Positions 1 to 7,899 of a DNA stretch of 64,000 nucleotides are shown here, piece after piece. Position 1 is the first letter of the stretch, and each line of letters starts with the position of its first letter. Under the pieces are notes generated by a model. That model searched no databases and had not been told where the DNA came from. It saw only the letters and a list, made by a program, of their open reading frames with translations. This DNA comes from Myxococcota bacterium (GTDB lineage Bacteria; Myxococcota_A; SURF-8). The position numbers were made by a program, and so were the translations under genes. The stretch lies in assembly GCA_965140415.1 (NCBI GenBank), contig OZ223209.1, positions 1,376,001-1,440,000 on the forward strand, in the 5' to 3' direction.

Positions 1-2
1 TG

Positions 3-812
3 CCACAGGTAGACCAGGTAGCCGCCCAGCAGCAAGCTGCCCAGCATGGCAACGATTCCTAAAAGGCCGAACAACAAGAAAGGCCGCTCCGCGAAAACAA
101 AGGCAAGATGGCTCATGATGATGGGCTTCATCTTGCTTTTGCTTTTGCCACGCTGGCGGCTGGCGAGTGTCGCAGGAATTTCCATGACCTTGTAACCCAG
201 CGCCATGATTTTGGCGAGCACTTCCAGGTGGATCTCTTTTCCGTCCGACTCGATATCCAGTCTTTCCAGCACTTCGCGACGATAGGCGCGCACCACACAG
301 GTGATCGTGTGCACGTCGCCCGGCAGGGTGCTGTTCAATAAACGGTTACCCATTTTCGAAACCAGGATCTTCACGAAATCCTTGCTTTCCACATTGCCGC
401 CAGGCATGTAGGCGCTGGCCAGCACCACGTCCACATTGGGATGTTCCAATAAGGCGTTGTACATGCGCAGAATGTGGTCGGCGGAATAACTCAGGTCGGC
501 ATCGATGGCGCAGATGATTTCCCCGCGTGCGGCGGCGAATCCGGTTTTCAAGGCGCGCCCGCGTCCCACGTTGATCGGGTAACCGGCGGGACAGATGCGC
601 TCGTCCTTGTAGGATAAGGTTTGCAGGATGGCTGCCGTGTCGTCCTTGCTGCCGTCGTTCACGGGCACGAGTTCGAAATCTGTCATTCCTGCCTGTTGCA
701 GGGTATCTGTCACGACAGAGAGGGTATGCTCCGCATTCTCGGCCTCGTTGTACATCGGAATGACAACGGATAATTTGGGTCTTTCAACGTTCTCGCTCAC
801 GGTTTTGTCCAT
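3..812 (-). CDS. Glycosyltransferase family 2 (DPM-synthase/ArnC-like), 3' end runs off the window
   Basis: Manual translation from ATG at 812 (alternative GTG at 800 overlapping the wecB stop): LSVVIPMYNE, VNDGSKD, GRGRALKTG, IDADLS (DxD), followed by a hydrophobic C-terminal segment. Not in the ORF track because no stop lies inside the window. Confidence 0.85.
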   Translation of the reverse strand, partial: MDKTVSENVERPKLSVVIPMYNEAENAEHTLSVVTDTLQQAGMTDFELVPVNDGSKDDTAAILQTLSYKDERICPAGYPINVGRGRALKTGFAAARGEIICAIDADLSYSADHILRMYNALLEHPNVDVVLASAYMPGGNVESKDFVKILVSKMGNRLLNSTLPGDVHTITCVVRAYRREVLERLDIESDGKEIHLEVLAKIMALGYKVMEIPATLASRQRGKSKSKMKPIIMSHLAFVFAERPFLLFGLLGIVAMLGSLLLGGYLVYLW

Positions 813-1927
813 TCTCGGTCTAGGATTGAAATGATCTTCTCGGCGGCGTGTCCATCGCCGTACTGTTTGCGTGGCCTGACGCGTATTGCAAGCGCCCGGT
901 TGACTGCCCGTACGATAGCCAGGGGTGTCGGGCCACACAGTCGATTCGCGCCATCTTCAAGTGTTTCGGTCCATTCTGTTTCTGTTCGAATGGTAACACA
1001 TGGTTTGGCCGCAAAGTAAGCCTCTTTTTGCAAACCGCCCGAATCGGTGATCAACAGCGAACTACAGTTGAGTGCCGTTTGCAGTTCGATATAACCCAAT
1101 GGACGAGATACACGCAGGTGCTGCTTCAATTCCTCCAAGGCTCCAATTGCTTGTAGAGCCTGTTCGGTGCGTGGATGCAGCGGCAATAGTAAAGGTAGCT
1201 TGCGGTTTATGCGCAGCAGTCCTTCCGCAATACCCAGCAGGTGTTCAGGAATATCCGTATTCTGCGGGCGGTGGATCGTCACCAGGCCAAAGCGTTCCGG
1301 CAATTTCAAGGCTTTTACCCGGCGTGGGTCGGGTACGCGGAACTGCTCCGATTGATCCAGCATGACGTCTCCGGTAAAAAACACGCCTTTGCGGATCGAG
1401 TCGCTTTTCAACTGGCGCACAGCCTGACGGGTAGGGCAGAAAAGCAGGTTGCTTATGATATCTATCGTGACGCGGTTGACTTCCTCCGGCATAAGCAGGT
1501 TGTGGCTGCGAAGCCCCGCTTCGACATGCGCCAGAGGCAGGTTATAATTGCGGGCGGCTAAGGCTCCCGCTAATGTGGAATTGGTATCGCCGTATACCAG
1601 AACGCCGGTCGGTTTTTCCTTTGCGAACAGTTCGTTTAATGCGTCGAGAATACGCCCGGTCATTTCGCCATGAGAGCCGCCGTTGATACCCATGTGGTGG
1701 TAGGGCTCGGCGATTTTCAGTTCACGAAAAATTTTTGTGGACATTTCGTAATCGAAGTGCTGCCCGGTGTGGATCAGTCGTTCGATGATAGGCGGACCAT
1801 GCTCGGCGCGATGAGCGCGGATCGCGCGTCCAAGTGGTGCGGCCTTGATGAATTGGGGCCGTGCGCCGACAATGGTGAAAATAACTCGTTTCTTGCGAGA
1901 AGTCATTTGAGCGGCTTCAATCTCCAT
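797..1927 (-). CDS. wecB: UDP-N-acetylglucosamine 2-epimerase (non-hydrolysing)
   Basis: Motifs GARPQFIK, HTGQH, VYGDTNS, HVEAGLRS, PEEVNR, TDSGGLQKEA, YGDG. Confidence 0.95.
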   Translation of the reverse strand: MEIEAAQMTSRKKRVIFTIVGARPQFIKAAPLGRAIRAHRAEHGPPIIERLIHTGQHFDYEMSTKIFRELKIAEPYHHMGINGGSHGEMTGRILDALNELFAKEKPTGVLVYGDTNSTLAGALAARNYNLPLAHVEAGLRSHNLLMPEEVNRVTIDIISNLLFCPTRQAVRQLKSDSIRKGVFFTGDVMLDQSEQFRVPDPRRVKALKLPERFGLVTIHRPQNTDIPEHLLGIAEGLLRINRKLPLLLPLHPRTEQALQAIGALEELKQHLRVSRPLGYIELQTALNCSSLLITDSGGLQKEAYFAAKPCVTIRTETEWTETLEDGANRLCGPTPLAIVRAVNRALAIRVRPRKQYGDGHAAEKIISILDREWTKP

Positions 1928-1977
1928 ATCCGAATTCGAATTGTGTGAAACTGACGACGAGCGGTTAGTCGGTTCTC

Positions 1978-2625
1978 TTAATCCAGCACATTTCGTCGTC
2001 GCAAAAAGAAAAGTCCAGCTAACAGCAGCAGGCAGAACGTACCGCTAAAAGAATTTCCTTCAAAGGCATTGGAACAGCCGCATTCCCGCGTGCAGCGCTC
2101 TTCGTAGATGATTCTTCCCTCATCCTTGTCACCATCAACGGTAATCGCGTCGCCGTCTGTGACCGTATCGCCGTCTGCATCCATGTCACCGTCGATGGCC
2201 GTGTCGCCGTCAGTGGGCGTATCACCGTCAGCAGGCGTATCACCGTCAGCAGGCGTATCACCGTCAGTGGGCGTATCACCGTCAGTTGCCGTGTCACCGT
2301 CAGTTGGTGTGTCGCCGTCAATGGGTGTATCACCGTCAGTGGGAGTATCACCGTCAATGGGTGTATCACCGTCAATGGGTGTATCGCCGTCTGTATCCGT
2401 GTCACCATCAGCAGGCATATCACCGTCTGTGGGTGTGTCGCCGTCAGTGGGCGTGTCACCGTCAGCGGGTGTATCACCGTCAGTGGGCGTGTCACCGTCA
2501 GTGGGTGTATCACCGTCAATGGGTGTATCGCCGTCAGTGGGCAATTCGATATCACCATCAGCCCAGGCCGGAATTGCAAGCAACAACACCACACAACAAA
2601 GCCAGCAGCCCCACATCCGTTTCAT
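1978..2625 (-). CDS. Secreted DGD-repeat protein with MYXO-CTERM-like C-terminal anchor
   Basis: Signal peptide MKRMWG...AIPAWA; 24 DGD motifs; C-terminus CGCS-(spacer)-hydrophobic helix-RRR. Confidence 0.8.
   Translation of the reverse strand: MKRMWGCWLCCVVLLLAIPAWADGDIELPTDGDTPIDGDTPTDGDTPTDGDTPADGDTPTDGDTPTDGDMPADGDTDTDGDTPIDGDTPIDGDTPTDGDTPIDGDTPTDGDTATDGDTPTDGDTPADGDTPADGDTPTDGDTAIDGDMDADGDTVTDGDAITVDGDKDEGRIIYEERCTRECGCSNAFEGNSFSGTFCLLLLAGLFFLRRRNVLD
2158..2535 (-). repeat. 18-bp coding tandem repeat, 21 consecutive units (DGDTP[T/I/A] consensus)
   Basis: Directly visible periodic repeat such as gtatcaccgtcagtgggc on the + strand. Confidence 0.95.
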
Positions 2626-2830
2626 ATCCTGAACTCCTGTATAAACGTTTTCGAGGATCAAACCGCATCCGGTTCGAGTGCAACCTGTGACAAATCAATA
2701 TTCAGTATAGCAGAAAACCAGGGAAAAGTCAGGTGTTGATTTAGTCAAGGTGAAATTGAATGCCGGAGACTTTTTGCCTGTGAGGATAAAGGCAAGCAAA
2801 CAGCAAAGGAGAGCAGTGGATTAACGAACG

Positions 2831-3181
2831 TTACTCGGTTTTCTCCGGCACGTATACCACCTCGCCGCTAGGCAGGCGATAAGCTACGCCCAGTCGTTGC
2901 CCGCTGCCGCCGACTTGCTCTTCGGTCATGCGAAAGCGGTCGATCTTGATACCCTTTTTCATGATGATTTCCATGTTGGCCTTGCCGGGATTCTTGACGA
3001 TCGCGACATCGGCATCGGATGAGAGCAGCTCCGGTACGCTTAGCGCCGTAAACATCGCCAGAATCAACGCCACGGCGAAGACCATCGCCACATCGAACAG
3101 GTTGGCGACCGCTCCCAACGGATCGTCGTCCGAAACATCGAGCAGGCGGCGATAACGTCTGCTGGTGGTGTCACGCTCCAT
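2831..3181 (-). CDS. DUF2149 family protein (HmuV-like)
   Basis: DDDPLGAVANLFDVAMVF, KNPGK..MEII.KKG, G.RLG.AYRL..GEVVYVPE. Confidence 0.9.
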   Translation of the reverse strand: MERDTTSRRYRRLLDVSDDDPLGAVANLFDVAMVFAVALILAMFTALSVPELLSSDADVAIVKNPGKANMEIIMKKGIKIDRFRMTEEQVGGSGQRLGVAYRLPSGEVVYVPEKTE

Positions 3182-3764
3182 GGCGATCCTCTTTCAGAGT
3201 GCGCGCCAGTCGCTCCAGATCGGCCATGTCCTTGGCATACCAGTATTGCCGGACGATCAGCATCACGTAACAGAGCGCACCAACCAATAGCCCCGCCACC
3301 GTGGTGCTGAACGCAATGATGAGATCGTTGGACATCACTGTGAGATTGCCTTTGGAGATGTTCATCAGCGCCGGTCCCATCGGGATCAGCGTGCCCATTA
3401 AACCGATCACCGGGCCGATTCGCAAACCGATGCGCAGGCGGGTCAGGCGCCTGGCCGCTTCGAATTCAACCGCTTCCAGCCAAACATCCGAAGCCTTGCT
3501 GCTTGCGTCTTTCACCGAAGTGGCGCGCACGAGTTCCGGTGCGAAAGGCAAGGACAGCCGCTCGGCGAGCGTCGCAGGCTTGCCGCTGGTCTCATGCAAC
3601 TGCGCATTCCATTTGGAAGCCTGTTTTCGCCGCTCGATCCATTCGCTTAAAAAGCCACCCGTTGCAAACAGCGACCAAACCAGCGCCGTCAGCACGGCCA
3701 GAACGACCGGCCCCTTCAGCGCCACCGTAATCGTATAGAGAATTGCTACTGCCGCTTCGATCAT
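3171..3764 (-). CDS. MotA/TolQ/ExbB proton channel family protein (HmuU-like)
   Basis: RIGPVIGLMGTLIPMGPAL and IIAFSTTVAGL motifs; overlaps the DUF2149 start. Confidence 0.9.
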   Translation of the reverse strand: MIEAAVAILYTITVALKGPVVLAVLTALVWSLFATGGFLSEWIERRKQASKWNAQLHETSGKPATLAERLSLPFAPELVRATSVKDASSKASDVWLEAVEFEAARRLTRLRIGLRIGPVIGLMGTLIPMGPALMNISKGNLTVMSNDLIIAFSTTVAGLLVGALCYVMLIVRQYWYAKDMADLERLARTLKEDRHGA

Positions 3765-3766
3765 GA

Positions 3767-6700
3767 TTACTCGTTCCGTTTCCCTTTATTACGCGAAGAT
3801 CGCCAGAAAAATCCGGCCAGGACGATCAACAGCGCCATCCCTACCACGCCAAGCAGCATAGCATGATTGTCAAGCAAGGATGCTTTTTGGCGTTCGCTTT
3901 CTTTCTTCTCCAGTTTCTTTCCCTGTACCGGCTCCCGCGACGGGTCGATCGGATGGGCGGGGACGTTCAGTTCGGCGCATCGCTTCTGGTAGGCGTCCAG
4001 CAGGGCGTCCATTTCCGGGGTCTTCGGCGCGGAAAGCGTATCGGCTACAAAGCTTTCCAATTTTTCGTTGCCGCCTTCGCGCGGACCGCCTGCTCTGCCA
4101 TGCTCGGCCACCGAACGGGCATAGGCCGTCGTCACTTCCATGCGGGTTTTCTCATCGGCGTTCCAGAACCCCTTACGCATGGTTTCAAGCAGGGTCACGG
4201 CTACTTTCTGGAAGGCATGGGGATTGTTCTTGTCGAACCAGTCTTTCAGACCAAGCTTGCGGTTGTCGCGCACGTACACGTCGGTCAGGTCGTTCCAGTT
4301 GGAATCGGCCACGCTGCGCTCGCGCATGATTTCCCAGCCCATCAGGTTGTCGACGTTCTTCGCGATGATGTTGCCGCCTGCATAGCCTTCCTTCATCATG
4401 CCTTCGATCCACTTGGGATTGGTCAGCCGGGCGCGGAAATCCCGTTGAACCGCTTCGGTGGAATCCACCAACGACGCTTCCTCCGGGTCGCGCACATCGA
4501 CGAATAGATAATCCGGTTCCTTGCCGGTGATGTGCTTGATGGCCAGTGACAGGGTGCCGTCCACCCACCAGGTGAACTTGTTGGAAAGCACGAAATCGCG
4601 GTTGTCGTACCAGCTTCTAAGAATCAGTTCCGTGTCTTGGATGGCCGAATCGAAAGACAGCGCCGACTTTTCCCCCCAGACGCCATCAGCGTAAACGTAT
4701 TTGGACTCGTCCAGGTATACATCCAGCAGATCCTCGCGGGTTTCCCATTCGCCCGAGCGCTCGGTCAGATAAAAGAACCAGTTGTGGCTGTCGATAATCT
4801 CTTCCGGTTTGGCGCCGTACATACGCGCTTTGGATAGCGCCAGCGCCTTGTCAGTGGCGATGCCCTGTCCCTCCAACTGCGTGCGTATGGCCTCGCTGTT
4901 TCGATAGACCTGGTTGTTCGGCTCCTTTAACGACGCCGCCAGCCGGATCGCCTTGTCCAGCAGGTGCATCATGGAAGGCAGCTCGTCGCGATAGACACTG
5001 CGGGCCGATAAAAAGATGTCGATGCGCGGGCGACCGAGTTCGGCGGCGGGAATCAGTTCGACATCTCGCACGCGATTTTTGGCATCCCATACGGGGCGTA
5101 CGCCGATCAGCCGCAGGATCTGCGATTCGGTAATGCCGAAGTCGCTGTAAGTGGCAAAGGGAACCAGGCTGAACGCAATTTTCTTGGGGTAGCGGCCCTT
5201 GATGGATTTCTGCTCGGCCAGGTAGTCCTCGATCAACTTCGATCCCAGTTCCCAAGAAGCCCGTGTCGGCAGTTCCGCCGGGTTGAGCACGTACATGTTG
5301 CGTCCGGTGGGCAGTACGCCGGGATTGCGCTCCGGGTTGCCGGATGGCCCCGGCGGGATGAATTTGCCGTCCAGCGCAGCCAGGATGTTTTCAACTTCCT
5401 GCGGCGCTTTGTCCAGGTTCGCATTCAGTTCAACAGCGATCGCCAGGCTTTCCGAAACGGCTTTGGGCAGTTGCCCATCAGGCGCAACGCCGCCGCAGGC
5501 TTTAATGGCCTCCATCGAACTGAGCCCCTGCTTCAGCATCATCTGAAGAATCTCTTCTCCCTTTTTCTTCAAGAAGTCATCGTCCTTCTTGTCAGCTTGG
5601 GCGAACAACGTTCTGGAGGCTTTCAGATATCGCTTGCCCATGCAGTGGACGAGATAGGGCAGGCGCAGATTTTCGGCAGGCGCTTCGCCTAAAACGTGCA
5701 TGCTGGCGGGAATGAATTCGTTACTCAAGTCGTGCAGGTATTGCGAAACGACTTGTATATCCGCCTCCGTGAAACTGCCGTCCGCTCCAGCAGTCAAGGC
5801 CAGGTCGCGGTCCAGCTTGCAGGCTTTGATTTGTTTGGCAACGGAGGAGGAGAACTTCTTTTTCAGCGCACCAGCATCCAGCGCTTCGTACTTGTTGATG
5901 GTCGATTCCAGGTTGAGCAGTTCGTCCGACAGTCCCGCCTCCATTAGCGGCGGCGGCATGAAATCGATGGTGACGGCTCTGGCTCGGCGCTTACAGGGCA
6001 GGATCTCGGAAATGTTGCTGGAGAGCCACGGGTTGATGTTGGGCATGTTGCCGATCAGCATGTCGCTCCAGTCCGAGCGCGACATCACCGCCTGTTTGCC
6101 CGGATACAGCCATTCCTGACCGTGCGAGCCGAAATGAATCAGCGCGTCGGCCTTGTATTCCCGCTGCAACCAGAAGTAGGTCGCCAGGAAATGATGTGTC
6201 GGCGGCAATAGACTTTCATTGGGATCTTGCGCTTTCATCGAGGCGGTGATGGTTTCGCCTTTTAGCGGTTGGGTCAACAGGGTCACGTTGCCCAGATCGA
6301 TTTTCGGCAGAACCAGGTATCTCTTCCCTTTGTGCGTCCACACCATGATTTCGCCGGGAACGTCGCCCCATTGCTGGATCACTTCCTCTCGCCGCCATTG
6401 CGGTACGCTTTCTTCGAACCACAGGCGATAGCTATCCTCCGGCACCAGCGCCGCTTTACCGCTGCGGGCCAACTCGTCTATCAATGCCGGTTCCCATGCG
6501 CCCATCTGCCGTCCGTGATCGATGATGCGCGCCAGCAGTTCGTCTTCGTCGGTGGGCAGGTTTTTCACTCCGTATCCCGCCGCTTTCATGGCGGCCAGGA
6601 ACTTCACCAGGCTGCGTGGCGCGTTCAGATTGTGAGCCGGTCCGCTGAGCAGCCCCGCCTTGTCCGCTTCGCGGTCGTAACCGATCACGGCGATTTTCTT

Positions 6701-7801
6701 CTTTTCGTTCGGTTTGCGCGATAAGTCGATCCAGGCTTTGGCGCGGCCGACGATGCGCCGGATGCGATCCGGTATCGGCAGGATTTCCTCGCCGCCGTCG
6801 CCGCCAGATTCCGTGCCCCCGGCGGTCAGGCATTCCGTTGCACCCTTCAATTCGGAAGAAACGATCTGGTGGAAGATCTGACCTTTGGTCATTCCCGGCT
6901 GGTTGCTTTTGCGCCAGACGTCGATGGATTCGTGGGTGAACCACAGCGCATGGATGCGTACCACGCCGAGTTTCTCCCAGAATGCGGGCGGTTCGCGCGT
7001 GTGCGAGGTGAAAATAACCAGATCGGGTTTGTATTCCAACAGGTGTTCGCGGAACTTGGGATCGTCGGCCACCAGATCCAGTGTAAGCAGTCCCTGCTTT
7101 TCCAATGCCTCCACCAGGGCTTCGATTACCTTTGGTTGATGGAACAGAACGTGATGCCGCCAGGACGCGATGGCCACTCGCGGTGCGGCCTTCACATCCC
7201 AACCGTCTTTTTCCTTTCGGCTTAAAAAAACTTCGACGCTATCCAGATCGCCGTATCGGGGATGAAAAAGTTCCACCTGCTTTCCCTGTCCGGGCGGCAC
7301 GATTTCTCCCTTTCGCCCGAAATAGGTGATCAGCGCATAGCGCAGCATTTCCTTCATCGATTCCTTGGAAAGCCCGTAATAAGCCGCCATTTTCGGATCG
7401 ATTAGAAGATGTTGTGAACCGATCCACTCGCCCCAGGCATCGCAGATCGGCTTTGGACCCACACAGAAGATTTTCAATTCCGATTTTTTAGCCAGCGCAT
7501 CCGTTACCGCCTGCTTGTAGCGATCTTTCAAATGAGCGGAGGCAAACGAGGTGATGACGGCGTCGAATTCGGAGAGATCCGGCGGCTGTTCTTCGAAGCG
7601 TCCTGGTTTCAGTTGCGTGACGCCGACATGCAATTCCTGTTCGTAGGATTTCAGCGCATCCACCGCACCGCTTGCCATACCGATGATTCCAAAGGAAACC
7701 GCGTGATCCGATTCTGTGGATTGGCACCACCCGTAACAGGGCAGCAATAGACTGATAAGCACCAGCGCCAACAACCATCGTAACGATACATCCGCTTTCA
7801 T
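3767..7801 (-). CDS. Exported CobN/Mg-chelatase-H-like protein (HmuS/BtuS-like) with C-terminal TM anchor
   Basis: IHFGSHG, LPTGRN, LGRPRID, NPKWIEGMMKEGY motifs; N-terminal signal-like segment from MKADVS (7801); C-terminal hydrophobic helix followed by a basic tail. Confidence 0.9.
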   Translation of the reverse strand: MKADVSLRWLLALVLISLLLPCYGWCQSTESDHAVSFGIIGMASGAVDALKSYEQELHVGVTQLKPGRFEEQPPDLSEFDAVITSFASAHLKDRYKQAVTDALAKKSELKIFCVGPKPICDAWGEWIGSQHLLIDPKMAAYYGLSKESMKEMLRYALITYFGRKGEIVPPGQGKQVELFHPRYGDLDSVEVFLSRKEKDGWDVKAAPRVAIASWRHHVLFHQPKVIEALVEALEKQGLLTLDLVADDPKFREHLLEYKPDLVIFTSHTREPPAFWEKLGVVRIHALWFTHESIDVWRKSNQPGMTKGQIFHQIVSSELKGATECLTAGGTESGGDGGEEILPIPDRIRRIVGRAKAWIDLSRKPNEKKKIAVIGYDREADKAGLLSGPAHNLNAPRSLVKFLAAMKAAGYGVKNLPTDEDELLARIIDHGRQMGAWEPALIDELARSGKAALVPEDSYRLWFEESVPQWRREEVIQQWGDVPGEIMVWTHKGKRYLVLPKIDLGNVTLLTQPLKGETITASMKAQDPNESLLPPTHHFLATYFWLQREYKADALIHFGSHGQEWLYPGKQAVMSRSDWSDMLIGNMPNINPWLSSNISEILPCKRRARAVTIDFMPPPLMEAGLSDELLNLESTINKYEALDAGALKKKFSSSVAKQIKACKLDRDLALTAGADGSFTEADIQVVSQYLHDLSNEFIPASMHVLGEAPAENLRLPYLVHCMGKRYLKASRTLFAQADKKDDDFLKKKGEEILQMMLKQGLSSMEAIKACGGVAPDGQLPKAVSESLAIAVELNANLDKAPQEVENILAALDGKFIPPGPSGNPERNPGVLPTGRNMYVLNPAELPTRASWELGSKLIEDYLAEQKSIKGRYPKKIAFSLVPFATYSDFGITESQILRLIGVRPVWDAKNRVRDVELIPAAELGRPRIDIFLSARSVYRDELPSMMHLLDKAIRLAASLKEPNNQVYRNSEAIRTQLEGQGIATDKALALSKARMYGAKPEEIIDSHNWFFYLTERSGEWETREDLLDVYLDESKYVYADGVWGEKSALSFDSAIQDTELILRSWYDNRDFVLSNKFTWWVDGTLSLAIKHITGKEPDYLFVDVRDPEEASLVDSTEAVQRDFRARLTNPKWIEGMMKEGYAGGNIIAKNVDNLMGWEIMRERSVADSNWNDLTDVYVRDNRKLGLKDWFDKNNPHAFQKVAVTLLETMRKGFWNADEKTRMEVTTAYARSVAEHGRAGGPREGGNEKLESFVADTLSAPKTPEMDALLDAYQKRCAELNVPAHPIDPSREPVQGKKLEKKESERQKASLLDNHAMLLGVVGMALLIVLAGFFWRSSRNKGKRNE

Positions 7802-7868
7802 ACAACCACCTATCGGCCCGCTCGGGCGCATTTCCATTTTACTCATAACCACCAAAAGACATGGATGC

Positions 7869-7885
7869 CGGATTCATTGAACCCG
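7869..7885. repeat. Degenerate copy of palindrome CGGATTCA-N-TGAATCCG
   Basis: cggattca-t-tgaacccg, one mismatch to the perfect palindrome; intergenic. Confidence 0.6.
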
Positions 7886-7899
7886 ACACAATCTATCCA

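Noticed and set aside
2158-2535. Possible CRISPR array
   Set aside because: Contiguous 18-bp coding units with no unique spacers and no cas genes.
2019-2690. Alternative-frame repeat ORFs (VSPSVG, HPLTV, HRQW repeats)
   Set aside because: Shadows of the 18-bp repeat; only the DGD frame has a signal peptide and anchor.
3767-7801. Calling it biosynthetic cobN
   Set aside because: Export signal, TM anchor and TonB/MotA/DUF2149 context, with no cob genes nearby.
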